DNA of 53,552 nucleotides, taken from contig JAGODF010000001.1 of assembly GCA_017998375.1 (NCBI GenBank), positions 1-53,552 of the forward strand, read 5' to 3'. The DNA comes from Spirochaetota bacterium. Its GTDB lineage: Bacteria; Spirochaetota; UBA4802; JAGODF01. This document shows positions 25,916 through 35,123 of the stretch, piece after piece. Each line of letters begins with the position of its first letter. Positions within the stretch are counted from its first letter, which is position 1. The notes beneath the pieces were generated by a model. That model was not told the DNA's origin. It was given only the letters and a program-made list of their open reading frames with translations, and searched no databases. The position numbers were made by a program, and so were the translations under genes.

Positions 25916-27112
25916 CTATTGCACCTCCTGCCCGATTAAGCCCGTAAACAAGCTGTCCTGGACATTTCTAACATCCATCATATCGTCGATGTGGTAGTAA
26001 TGGGAGGTCATCTGTGCCGTCATATGACCCGTTATGCTTTGAATTTTTTGAATTGGAATCTTGCTATTGATTAAAAGGCTATTCAGGAAGTGACGCCAAC
26101 TGTGGAAAGTGATGTTACGACGCTTGCGTTCGGCTTTATCTATCCCTATTTTTTCAAGTGCTGTAAAAAGCGCCCGGACAAAAACCACTTTTTCCGCTGG
26201 TTTTTCGACTGGTTTTTTCTCTCCAAGGAATAAAAAAGCTTCTGGATTGTTTTTTAGAGGATGTTCGGCTAATAGTTTATTTGTCGCATTGATAACCTGT
26301 TCCGGTATAAAAATTGTGCGTTCCCTGCCTGTTTTGGTGGTTTCATTTAATTTGCTTAATCGGCTGTCCCAGGATCGTTTCACCATGATATAACCCTCGG
26401 ATAGATGTAAATCCTGTATCTTAAGACCCTGAAGTTCTGACAGTCGAAGCCCCGTTGATGCCGCGAGAAGGTTTCCGACATATCCGGTAAATACCGGTTT
26501 TGGCGGGTGACAGTGTATTGGTCTCGATAACCATTGAAAAGAAAAAAGGCGATTTACCTCTTCAAGAGTCAATATGCCCTTTTCTTTTTGTCGTTTTGCC
26601 ACTGGCGCAATTTTGGGCACTCCTTTAATCAGACCATCCTCTTCGGCCATTTCCAGCACAGCCTTGATTGCATAAAGGGCCTTATTGATTAACGAGCTGC
26701 TTTTCCCCTTATTGAATAAACTATTCCGAAAGTTCTTTAAAAGAGGTCTGTCAATATCAGTGATTTTAGTTGAGCCAAAATATGGTAGTACATGATGCCT
26801 TACAAGGTCAGCCGTATCAAGGCAATGCCGCTCTGATAATCTTTTTCCAGCAGCCCTTTTGTCCAATGCCCATCGGCCGTTCCAGTCAAAAAAATGATCG
26901 GCGTATCTTTCGAAGATTATTTCACGGCCGGGCATAGGTGCGCCGTGATTTTGCAGGTAATCGTAAGCCCAGGAATCCGCCGCTCGCCGTGACGTGCATC
27001 CGGTGCTTTTGGCTGTAGTATATTTTCCGTCTGGTTGCTTGAATTGAACGTAGTATACGGCTTTACCGTCTTTACGCTTTCGGGGGTATAATGAAAAACC
27101 GGCCATTCTCAT
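25916..27112 (-). CDS. int: Tyrosine recombinase / integrase
   Basis: Catalytic C-terminus: LRLSEL..., HSWRHFLNS, GHMTAQMTSHYYH. Strong RBS GAGGAGA. Immediately downstream of the tRNA-Arg 3' end. Confidence 0.9.
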   Translation of the reverse strand: MRMAGFSLYPRKRKDGKAVYYVQFKQPDGKYTTAKSTGCTSRRAADSWAYDYLQNHGAPMPGREIIFERYADHFFDWNGRWALDKRAAGKRLSERHCLDTADLVRHHVLPYFGSTKITDIDRPLLKNFRNSLFNKGKSSSLINKALYAIKAVLEMAEEDGLIKGVPKIAPVAKRQKEKGILTLEEVNRLFSFQWLSRPIHCHPPKPVFTGYVGNLLAASTGLRLSELQGLKIQDLHLSEGYIMVKRSWDSRLSKLNETTKTGRERTIFIPEQVINATNKLLAEHPLKNNPEAFLFLGEKKPVEKPAEKVVFVRALFTALEKIGIDKAERKRRNITFHSWRHFLNSLLINSKIPIQKIQSITGHMTAQMTSHYYHIDDMMDVRNVQDSLFTGLIGQEVQ

Positions 27113-27215
27113 TCTCCTCGCAAGATAACGTCATCTGACATTTATCTCACTTTTTAAGATAATGAGAAACGCCGGTTTTCCGGTAGTCTCTGATGCCTGA
27201 ACTATTCAGGACTTA

Positions 27216-27261
27216 TGCGCGTCCAGGAGGATTCGAACCTCCGACCCACGGATTCGTAGTC
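27216..27261 (-). repeat. int-proximal att repeat (element-derived 3' half now completing tRNA-Arg)
   Basis: Matches 7354-7399 at 44/46 positions. Confidence 0.9.
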
Positions 27262-27291
27262 CGTTACTCTATCCAGCTGAGCTATGGACGC
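27218..27291 (-). tRNA. tRNA-Arg(ACG): tRNA-Arg (anticodon ACG)
   Basis: Hand-folded cloverleaf: acceptor GCGTCCA/TGGACGC, anticodon arm ACGGA-CTACGAA-TCCGT, T arm GGAGG-TTCGAAT-CCTCC. CCA is not encoded. Confidence 0.9.
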
Positions 27292-27331
27292 GTGTTGCTT
27301 CTATGTGATGCGGCGGTGCGACGCCGCGGTG

Positions 27332-27808
27332 CTACAGAACTATCATCCCCCGCAAAACCATCACCAGTGGAATGCGGTTTATCAATTCAGCCTGCCGGTT
27401 GTTGATCGAGGCGTGGGCCCCGTACGCGCAGAATCCGAAATAGACCAGGTACGTCAGGTACACCAGTATCGCCTGTATCAGCCTCGCCACACGCCAGTCG
27501 CGCGAAAGAAAAATTCCGACGAAGATGATCGCCAGCGCCAGGGTTGTGAACAGCAGCGCCATGTAAAAGCCTGTCTTCGCCTGGTCCTGGCAGAACGGGT
27601 CGTCCTTTTTCAGATAGAGCGGTATCAGCCAACCCACGAAAGGCACGAACGACACCGCGGCGAAGTAGTTATTGTACTGGTCGCTGAAGGCGAGATCCTT
27701 GAGCGCCTTCGCTTCGGCCGCGATGTTCCGGTTGTGCGCATCCACCGCTTCGTTCAACGCCCCGGCCTTCGCCCGTATCTTCGCCAGTGTAGTATCAATC
27801 AGCTTCAA
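27332..27808 (-). CDS. Small membrane protein (DUF4870-like)
   Basis: Three or more hydrophobic helices (FAAVSFVPFVGWLIPLYL...). TTG start with GGAG 8 nt upstream, 15 nt after the tRNA-Ser 3' end. Confidence 0.5.
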   Translation of the reverse strand: MKLIDTTLAKIRAKAGALNEAVDAHNRNIAAEAKALKDLAFSDQYNNYFAAVSFVPFVGWLIPLYLKKDDPFCQDQAKTGFYMALLFTTLALAIIFVGIFLSRDWRVARLIQAILVYLTYLVYFGFCAYGAHASINNRQAELINRIPLVMVLRGMIVL

Positions 27809-27822
27809 CTGTCAAGCTCCTT

Positions 27823-27910
27823 CGGAGAGGGGGAGATTCGAACTCCCGGTACCCTTTTGAGGTACGACGGTTTAGCAAACCGTTACCTTCGGCCTCTCGG
27901 TCACCTCTCC
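27823..27910 (-). tRNA. tRNA-Ser(GCT): tRNA-Ser (anticodon GCT)
   Basis: Acceptor GGAGAGG/CCTCTCC, anticodon arm ACGGT-TTGCTAA-ACCGT, long variable arm, T loop TTCGAAT. Confidence 0.85.
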
Positions 27911-27965
27911 ATCGGCCATACGTCGCGTAAATAGCCCAACCCCCTTGGGCGGGTTGGGCGGTAAT

Positions 27966-28049
27966 CGGAGGATGAGGGATTCGAACCCCCGGGGCTGTTA
28001 ACCCAACGGTTTTCAAGACCGCCTCTATCGACCACTCAGACAATCCTCC
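27966..28049 (-). tRNA. tRNA-Ser(TGA): tRNA-Ser (anticodon TGA)
   Basis: Acceptor GGAGGAT/ATCCTCC, anticodon loop CTTGAAA, long variable arm, T loop TTCGAAT. Followed by hairpin GCCCAACCC...GGGTTGGGC. Confidence 0.85.
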
Positions 28050-28205
28050 GCGGGTCAGATTATTGGGGTGATGCCATATGTCAAATAAAATTTAAAAGGG
28101 CGATATCGGCCTGTTTTTATTGACAGGAACGTCTCCGCGGTGTCTCATGCGGTTGGACGCGGCCCGCGCCGCGGTTTCCGTACGATACGGGACGGGTGAT
28201 GAGCG

Positions 28206-29093
28206 ATGGCGAAACGCAGCGACATCCAGTTTACTTCGAAAGGGGCGACATGTCGCGGCTGGCTTTACCAGCCGAAGAAAAAGGGCTCCAGCGCCTGCAT
28301 TGTCATGGCCCACGGCTTCGGCGGCGTCAGGGAGATGCGCCTCGACGCCTACGCGGAGCGTTTCGCCGCCGCGGGATACCGCGTCCTGGTCTTCGACTAC
28401 CGCCACTTCGGCTCCAGCGGCGGACGCCCCCGGCAGCTGCTCAGCATCCGGCGCCAGCATCAGGACTGGCGCGCGGCGATCCGCTTCGCGCGCTCCCTCC
28501 CCGGCGTCGACGCCGGGCGCATCATCCTCTGGGGGACCTCCTTCAGCGGCGGGCACGTGGCGTTCATGGCGGCGCGCGACGGAAACGTGGCGGCGGTCAT
28601 CTCGCAGGTGCCGCACCTCGACGGCATGGCCACGGCGAAGGCGGCGGGCATCGCGCAGAACCTGCGCCTGGGCTTCGCCGCGCTGCGCGACATGGTGAGG
28701 ATGATATTCCATCTCATTCCTCATTACGTGGAAATAGTCGCCGCTCCGGGGGAGCTCGGCGCCATGACGGCGCCGGGCGCGATCGAGGGGGTGATGAGGC
28801 TCATTCCGGAAGGCTTCAAGTACGAGACCAAAGTTGCGGCGCGCATCTTCCTCTCCGTCGCGGCGTATTCACCGGGAAAACTGGCGCCGAAGATCGCCTG
28901 CCCCTGGCTGGTCCAGGTGGCGCTTCGCGACCTCACCACGCCGTCGGCGCCCGCCGAGAAGGCCATCGCGCGCGCGCCGCGGGGCGAGCTCATCAAATAC
29001 AATCTGGACCATTTCGACGTCTACGTGCCGCCGCATTTCGAGCGCTCCGTGGGCGACCAGCTCGCGTTCCTGCAGCGTCACGCGGCTCCGTGA
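28206..29093 (+). CDS. Alpha/beta hydrolase
   Basis: IVMAHGFGG oxyanion region and nucleophile elbow WGTSFSGG. Confidence 0.75.
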   Translation: MAKRSDIQFTSKGATCRGWLYQPKKKGSSACIVMAHGFGGVREMRLDAYAERFAAAGYRVLVFDYRHFGSSGGRPRQLLSIRRQHQDWRAAIRFARSLPGVDAGRIILWGTSFSGGHVAFMAARDGNVAAVISQVPHLDGMATAKAAGIAQNLRLGFAALRDMVRMIFHLIPHYVEIVAAPGELGAMTAPGAIEGVMRLIPEGFKYETKVAARIFLSVAAYSPGKLAPKIACPWLVQVALRDLTTPSAPAEKAIARAPRGELIKYNLDHFDVYVPPHFERSVGDQLAFLQRHAAP

Positions 29094-29098
29094 CCATC

Positions 29099-29539
29099 AT
29101 GTCCGGCGCTGCGGTGCGCACGGTGCTGGAAATCGAAGCGCCCCCGACGCGTGTCTGGGACGTGCTCGCGGACCTCGGCGGTTACGGCGGCTGGAACCCC
29201 GTTATCCGGGAAGCGAGCGGCGAGCTCAGGCCCGGCGCGCGCCTCAGGCTCTTCTTCAATCCGCCCGGTACCAGGGGCACAGTCTTCCATCCCGTTCTCT
29301 CGGTTGTCGAACCGGCACGCGAGCTTCGCTGGGCGGGAAGGCCCGGAGTGCCGTTCGTCCTCGAAAGCGAGCACTTCTTCATCCTCGAAGCCGCCGGGGA
29401 AGGCCGCACCCTGTTGATCCATGACATGGTGTTTACTGGGCTCCTCGCGTCCCTCGTTGTGAAGCTGCAGGGAGCGATGATCCGCGATTCCTTCGAGATG
29501 ATGAACCGCGCGCTGAAGGATCGTGCGGAGATGGAATGA
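29099..29539 (+). CDS. SRPBCC (START/polyketide-cyclase-like) family protein
   Basis: IEAPPTRVWDVLADLGGYGGWNP is typical of the SRPBCC N-terminus. ATG at 29099 within a longer track ORF. Confidence 0.65.
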   Translation: MSGAAVRTVLEIEAPPTRVWDVLADLGGYGGWNPVIREASGELRPGARLRLFFNPPGTRGTVFHPVLSVVEPARELRWAGRPGVPFVLESEHFFILEAAGEGRTLLIHDMVFTGLLASLVVKLQGAMIRDSFEMMNRALKDRAEME

Positions 29540-29775
29540 CGGATTTTCCGCAAAGGCGGGAATCTACAGCCGTTCACTGTCACGGTTCGACTTCGCTCAC
29601 CATGACCCGAAGTGTCATCCCGAGCGGAGTCGAGGGACGCCGGGATAGGGATCGCTGCGCTCGCGAATACAGGTTGCTGGAATGGATTCACGCGGAAGCG
29701 CGGAGGGGAACGACACTAGCTGGGACATGGCAGAATCTCACGCAAAGTCGCGCAGATACAAAGGAGGGTGATATC

Positions 29776-30309
29776 ATGGCGATGCTTGGAAAAATCAGGA
29801 AGATATTCGATTCACAACGCATCATCATCGGTTCGGCGATTATCTACGCCGCCTCCCAGATCGCCATCGGGCTGATACTCCTGCCTCTTGGGCCCGTGCG
29901 CGTGCTGGAGCTCCAGTCAAGCGTTTCGCCAGTGTTCATTTCATCGGTGCTCGGCGATTGGCGCGCGGCCGGCACCCTCCGGATATTCATCAACCATTTC
30001 TACCTGGATTTCTTCCACCCGTTCTTCTACGGAGTGCTCCTCCTCGCGCTGATGGCGCGCCTCCTTAACGCGGCACGCGTGTCCCCGCGATGGAACTGGC
30101 TCCTCTTCGCTCCGATCCTCGCCGCGGCGATGGACCTGTGCGAAAACATCTTCTACGTCGCGTTCATCGCGGACAGTTCGAATATCACCGATATAACATC
30201 GGCCTTCAGCGGCTCGGCATCGATAATCAAGTGGGCGCTCTCCGGACTATCAATCATGATCATTTCCGCGCTCTTTGTTAAATGGGCGCGGGACCGCGAG
30301 AGGTGGTAA
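29776..30309 (+). CDS. Membrane protein
   Basis: RBS AAGGAGGG; several hydrophobic helices. Confidence 0.55.
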   Translation: MAMLGKIRKIFDSQRIIIGSAIIYAASQIAIGLILLPLGPVRVLELQSSVSPVFISSVLGDWRAAGTLRIFINHFYLDFFHPFFYGVLLLALMARLLNAARVSPRWNWLLFAPILAAAMDLCENIFYVAFIADSSNITDITSAFSGSASIIKWALSGLSIMIISALFVKWARDRERW

Positions 30310-30392
30310 ATAAACATAATGGTATTCTGGATTATTTCCAGTTCCCATATTCACGTGATAATGTTACAGCCGGCCAGACCCGCCCGGCTATG

Positions 30393-33300
30393 TTACTTCG
30401 CAAATATCCCATGAACCGCCGACGATATTGACTTGAGAAAATATTTTATATCCATGTTGAACATGTATAACGCCGGTATGAATACAAGCGTCAGGAGCGT
30501 CGCGAACAGCAGCCCGTAGGCGAGCGCCATTACCGTAGGAACCAGGCTCTTTACATCGCCGCCTATGCCGTATGCGGTCGGCAATAATCCCATGACCGTG
30601 GTAAGTGTCGTCAGCACGATGGGACGCAGCCTTTGTTTCGCGCCGGCGGCGATCCGCTCAATCCTTGTTGCGGTGTCGGTTCCGCCGCCTTCGGAGAACA
30701 CCCTGTTGATGAAGTCGACCATTACGACGCTGTCGTTGACCACCACGCCGGATAACCCAATGATCCCGATGAATCCCATGAACGACATGGGGATTCCATG
30801 CGCGGTAAACGCAAGCAGGGCCCCTACGAGTCCGAAGGGGACCGTTAAAAGAACAATAAGCGGCTGGGAAAATGACTTGAAGAGAAGTATTAGTATAAAA
30901 TAAATAAGCATCATCGCGATGATGAAAGAGACGCGAAGATCGCCCAGTGTTTCCCTGGTTTCCTTAGCCTCCCCTCCGATTTCAATGCTGGCATCCGGAT
31001 GGTCCTTTTGCAGCGTTGCAAATCTGTTTTTGAGATTCTGCGTTACGATCATGGAGGTGGTCGTTACCGGGTCAATGGAGGCCGTAACGGTGATGACGCG
31101 ATCGCCATTATAGTGATTTATCACCGCGGCCCCCTCTCCCCGTTCGATTACCGCAACGTCGCTGAGGCTGATAAGCCTTCCCTGTACGTTCGGAACCGGA
31201 AGGTTCCGGAGGAAGCGCACGTCTTTCTGGAATTTATCGCCGACCTTGACCCTGAAGTCGATTTTCTGGTCGGAGGTCTGTATGGAAGTGGCGACGACAC
31301 CCGCATACGCGGTCCTCACCGTCTGGGCGACTGGCTCGACGGACAGGCCCAGGCGGGCAAGCCGGTTATAGTCGAACTTCACGATCAGCTCCTGCTTCCC
31401 CTTTTTCTGGTCGTTGTCGATCTCTTTCACTCCGGGTATGGTCTCGAGATGTTTTTCCACAAGCCGTTGAACCTTTCGGGCAGTACCGGAGTCGCGGGAG
31501 GATATACGAACATTCACCGCTTCTCCCGGCGAAGGGCCGGTAACGCGTTCCTCGAAAAATATCCGCGTGAAATTACTGAATTTTGATGCCGTGATTTCTT
31601 TTCGCAGATCGGAGATAATCTGTGAGGCGGCGCGGTTTCGATCGGTCCTTGGAACGAGGTTGACGATTATCTGCGACCAGTTTTCATGGTTGCCCCGGGA
31701 GTAAATCGGTTTGACCGTGTGATGGCCAATGTTTCGGATAATCGAGATGCGCTCGCTCGCGGGGATTGCCTTCTTTACCGCGTCTTCCACTTCCCCGGTA
31801 GCACGATCGGTCGCGTCGATGCCGAATCCCTCCCGGGCTTCAAGGTTCAGGTATATCCCGTCCGAAGAATCGTCCCATATCAGGACGAACCTGCCGATGG
31901 TTCGCCCCGATATCACTATCGTGATGATGAAAATCGCGATGAAAACCGCGATGACGGCATACCGGTATTTCAGAAGCCTGACAAGCCCGCGGCCGTAGAT
32001 CGTGACGAAGGGGGTAAACCAGTCTTTGATCCTTTTTGCGGCCGATGGTGTATCCTTCCCGTGCGCCAGGTGGCTGGGGAGCAGGAATGACGCCTCGAAA
32101 AATGATATCAGCAGCGTCGCGATGACGATTATCGGGAATGGCTTTATGAATTTTCCCATGATCCCCTTGATGAAAAACATTGGTAAAAACGCGACAATCG
32201 TGGTGAGTATAGTAATGCTGACGGGGGCGATCACGTTCCTCACGCCTTCGACCACGGCGTCGAAGGATTTCATGCCCGACTGCTTTTTTTCATAAATCGA
32301 TTCGGCCATGACAATGCCGTGATCCACCAGCATTCCCAGGACGACGATCACCGCTCCGAGTGAAATGATATTGATTGAAAAGTCAGCGAACAGCATGAAA
32401 AACATCACCGCGAAGAGGCTGAAGGGTATTCCGAACGCGGTCCAGAAGGACGTTTTCATATCCAGGAACGCCAGGAGTATGAGAAACACAAGAGCGAAAC
32501 CTATTGCCGCGTTAGAGACGACGACGCCCACCAGAGAGCTGATGGAGAGGGACTGGTCGTCGGTTACTGAAACCCGGAAATCTCCCGGAAATGTCCCGTT
32601 GTTCTCTCTCAGGAACTTCTTGATGTTGTCGACTGTCTTCACTATGTCGGCGTTTTCCTTCTTCACGACCTGCAGTATCACCGACTTGTCGCCGTTTACC
32701 CTTACCCTCTCAGTCTCTTCTTCGAAGCTGTCCGTCAACATGGCCACGTCCCTTACCCTGACGCGTTGCTCTTCGAAACTTGATCTCACGATGACGTCCC
32801 CCGCCTCCATGGGATCGTCGAACTGGCCGATGGTGATTATCGTCTGCTCATTATGAAGGGACTGCAGGGTGCCCCCTGTGTTGCGCACGTTGCGCGAGCG
32901 AAGGCTCTGCACAATGTCGTTGAGCGATACGTAGCTCTCTTTCATGCGGTCGGGCAGTGCTTCAATGTGGATTTCACGATCGCGGTAACCCGATCTGCGT
33001 ATCTCGCTAACGCCACTCACCTTGAGGAGCCGGTCTTCGAGCTCGCGGGCGAATTCAAAGAGCTGTTTATCGTCCGCCTTGCTTCCCGGGGCGCGGGTGA
33101 TTCCCAGGGACAGTATAGCCATCAGCCGCGGGTTCGCGTCGATTATCCGGATATCGTCCACGTCGGGGGAAAGGTCGGGGAGGTTTCCCCTGGTGATCTT
33201 GCGGTAGACTTCGTCCTTCACCTTTTGCTTGTTGGATGTTTCCTGGTCGATGTATACGTAAATCGTCGCCATGTTCTCAATCGCGAAAGAGGTGTACTCC

Positions 33301-33536
33301 CTTATGCCGGAGATGGTCGCCAGTTCCCTCTCGGCGGGAATCACCGCGTTGAGCTCGACGTCGGCAGGGCTTGCGCCTGGATACCTGATGTTGATGATCA
33401 TGGTGTCGATGTCCGTCATGGGAAAAACTTCCTGCTTGATCCTTGACGCGCTGAATATTCCCAGGATGACTACGAAAACCACAAGCAGGTTGACCAGGAG
33501 CCTGTTGCCGGCGAAATACTTGAATATCTTTTCCAT
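30393..33536 (-). CDS. RND efflux transporter (AcrB/AcrD/AcrF family)
   Basis: 1047 aa with 12-TM RND topology and the typical N-terminus NRLLVNLLVVFVVILGIFS...IRYPGASPADVE. Confidence 0.9.
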   Translation of the reverse strand: MEKIFKYFAGNRLLVNLLVVFVVILGIFSASRIKQEVFPMTDIDTMIINIRYPGASPADVELNAVIPAERELATISGIREYTSFAIENMATIYVYIDQETSNKQKVKDEVYRKITRGNLPDLSPDVDDIRIIDANPRLMAILSLGITRAPGSKADDKQLFEFARELEDRLLKVSGVSEIRRSGYRDREIHIEALPDRMKESYVSLNDIVQSLRSRNVRNTGGTLQSLHNEQTIITIGQFDDPMEAGDVIVRSSFEEQRVRVRDVAMLTDSFEEETERVRVNGDKSVILQVVKKENADIVKTVDNIKKFLRENNGTFPGDFRVSVTDDQSLSISSLVGVVVSNAAIGFALVFLILLAFLDMKTSFWTAFGIPFSLFAVMFFMLFADFSINIISLGAVIVVLGMLVDHGIVMAESIYEKKQSGMKSFDAVVEGVRNVIAPVSITILTTIVAFLPMFFIKGIMGKFIKPFPIIVIATLLISFFEASFLLPSHLAHGKDTPSAAKRIKDWFTPFVTIYGRGLVRLLKYRYAVIAVFIAIFIITIVISGRTIGRFVLIWDDSSDGIYLNLEAREGFGIDATDRATGEVEDAVKKAIPASERISIIRNIGHHTVKPIYSRGNHENWSQIIVNLVPRTDRNRAASQIISDLRKEITASKFSNFTRIFFEERVTGPSPGEAVNVRISSRDSGTARKVQRLVEKHLETIPGVKEIDNDQKKGKQELIVKFDYNRLARLGLSVEPVAQTVRTAYAGVVATSIQTSDQKIDFRVKVGDKFQKDVRFLRNLPVPNVQGRLISLSDVAVIERGEGAAVINHYNGDRVITVTASIDPVTTTSMIVTQNLKNRFATLQKDHPDASIEIGGEAKETRETLGDLRVSFIIAMMLIYFILILLFKSFSQPLIVLLTVPFGLVGALLAFTAHGIPMSFMGFIGIIGLSGVVVNDSVVMVDFINRVFSEGGGTDTATRIERIAAGAKQRLRPIVLTTLTTVMGLLPTAYGIGGDVKSLVPTVMALAYGLLFATLLTLVFIPALYMFNMDIKYFLKSISSAVHGIFAK

Positions 33537-35080
33537 TACGAACCTCCATCCTTCGCCAGCGTGAGCGACAGGTAGTCGAAATAAATACCGATCATCTGCC
33601 TCTTTGTCATGATCAGGTTGAGCTGTTCCGCGGCGATTTTATTTTCTGTGTCAATGAGATTCACGAGGCTGAGCCGTGCCTGCTGGTACTTCTTTCTCTC
33701 GGTGGCGCTCCTGGATTTCAGCGCGTCTATGTTCTTTTCAATCAGGCTAATTTTTTCCAGCGTGTTTGCGGCGGTTTCTGCTATTGCATCAAGCCTGCTC
33801 GTGTATTCTTTTGATACACGTTCCCTCTCCTTTTCCAGTTCAAGTATCGAAAGCTCGGCTTCTTTTATCCTCCCTTCCTTTTCATTGTTGCCCAGCGGAT
33901 AGCTGAAAACAAACCCGACACGGTAATCGACATCGCTCATGCTCGAGGGCGCGTCGCTGAAGGATTCATCCTGCGACTTGAGCACTACTTTTCCATAGAG
34001 GTTCAATTCCGGAAGGGCGGAATTCTTCCTTATGCCGTTTATATAGCGGAGGTTGTTTATCGCGAGGTCCATTACCGCGCCGGTCGCGGTCCTGTTGAAG
34101 GCCACGGGGACGTATTCCGCCGTTTTTGTGCGGATATAATGTGAGTCCAGTTCTCCAGGCAATGGCTTGATAGTTTCCGTGTTCAAATAATTGGCAAGCT
34201 CGCGGCTCAGGATTCTGTGGGAGGAGCGATATTGCAAAAGCAGAGTTCGATAGGTGATGACAGTTGATTTAATGTTTTGATAATCGTCATTGTCCACAAG
34301 CCCGAGCGTGTACTTTTCCTTAATGAGCCGCTCGAGCCCCTCGGCGTTTTCCAGGGACTTTTGCATGATGGAGACCGCGGTATCGTACGCGATCAGTTCA
34401 AAATACATTTTCTTGAACCTGTTGATGATCCTTTCGTCGCTCTCGAGCTTTTTATATTTCTCTATCTCGAATTTCATGGCCGCGTCTTTTACATGGGAGC
34501 GGTCGATAACCCCGAAAGCATTGTTCAGCACCGGCTGGGTGATTTCCACGAAAGCCGAAGGGTAGCTGTATGATTTTTCAAGATTCAACTCGCTGTACAC
34601 GGGCGTCATGGTCGCCCCGTCGATTCTGGTTATGCTGCGGGATGAGCCGGACATGGCAAGCTGCTGGTACTCCGCTCCCGCCGAAAACACTGTTCCGGTC
34701 GCGGCGATTTTTCTATTCAGTTCCGAACTGATGATGTAGCCGCTGGTATAGTCCTGCTGAAACTGCGGATTGAGCTGGTATTCTTTTTTCCCAAGCGCAA
34801 AAGCGCTTGTCACGATCCTGGTGTCCTCAATGCCACGGGCGGAACTGATCGCGTTTTTAGATTTTTCCAGGGTCACATTGTTTTTTTCGAAATCAGGCAG
34901 CCTTGATCTAACCAGGGAAATGTATTCTTCGAATGGCATGCTTTCTGTGATTCTTTTATCGTTATCGCCCTGTGGCGAGGCGCCCTGGGCGGAAAGTGAA
35001 TTCGCCGCCAACATAACCACCAAACATACAGGAATTATTAATTTAACTGCCGAGGTTCCGGTTGAGGTTGAATATTTCAT
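33536..35080 (-). CDS. TolC-like outer-membrane efflux protein
   Basis: Signal peptide then two OEP-like repeats. ATG at 35080 after GGAGGA. The stop overlaps the RND start (TAATG). Confidence 0.7.
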   Translation of the reverse strand: MKYSTSTGTSAVKLIIPVCLVVMLAANSLSAQGASPQGDNDKRITESMPFEEYISLVRSRLPDFEKNNVTLEKSKNAISSARGIEDTRIVTSAFALGKKEYQLNPQFQQDYTSGYIISSELNRKIAATGTVFSAGAEYQQLAMSGSSRSITRIDGATMTPVYSELNLEKSYSYPSAFVEITQPVLNNAFGVIDRSHVKDAAMKFEIEKYKKLESDERIINRFKKMYFELIAYDTAVSIMQKSLENAEGLERLIKEKYTLGLVDNDDYQNIKSTVITYRTLLLQYRSSHRILSRELANYLNTETIKPLPGELDSHYIRTKTAEYVPVAFNRTATGAVMDLAINNLRYINGIRKNSALPELNLYGKVVLKSQDESFSDAPSSMSDVDYRVGFVFSYPLGNNEKEGRIKEAELSILELEKERERVSKEYTSRLDAIAETAANTLEKISLIEKNIDALKSRSATERKKYQQARLSLVNLIDTENKIAAEQLNLIMTKRQMIGIYFDYLSLTLAKDGGS

Positions 35081-35123
35081 GATGCTTCCTCCGTCTGCGT
35101 GATGGCGGTATTTTTTAACGCCA

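Larger units (their letters stand above)
7354..27261. mobile_element. Integrative element of about 19.9 kb in tRNA-Arg(ACG), phage-satellite (PICI-like) / integrative-plasmid-like, carrying defence and TA cargo
   Basis: Flanking 46-bp direct repeats, tyrosine integrase next to the intact tRNA, an abrupt GC drop at both edges, and parAB, alpA/xis, primase-helicase and terS genes. Confidence 0.85.

Noticed and set aside
7354-27261. Island interpreted as an intact prophage or as an ICE
   Set aside because: There are no capsid, portal, large terminase, tail or lysis genes, and no relaxase, T4SS or coupling-protein genes. At about 20 kb, the size and gene set fit a satellite or integrative plasmid better.
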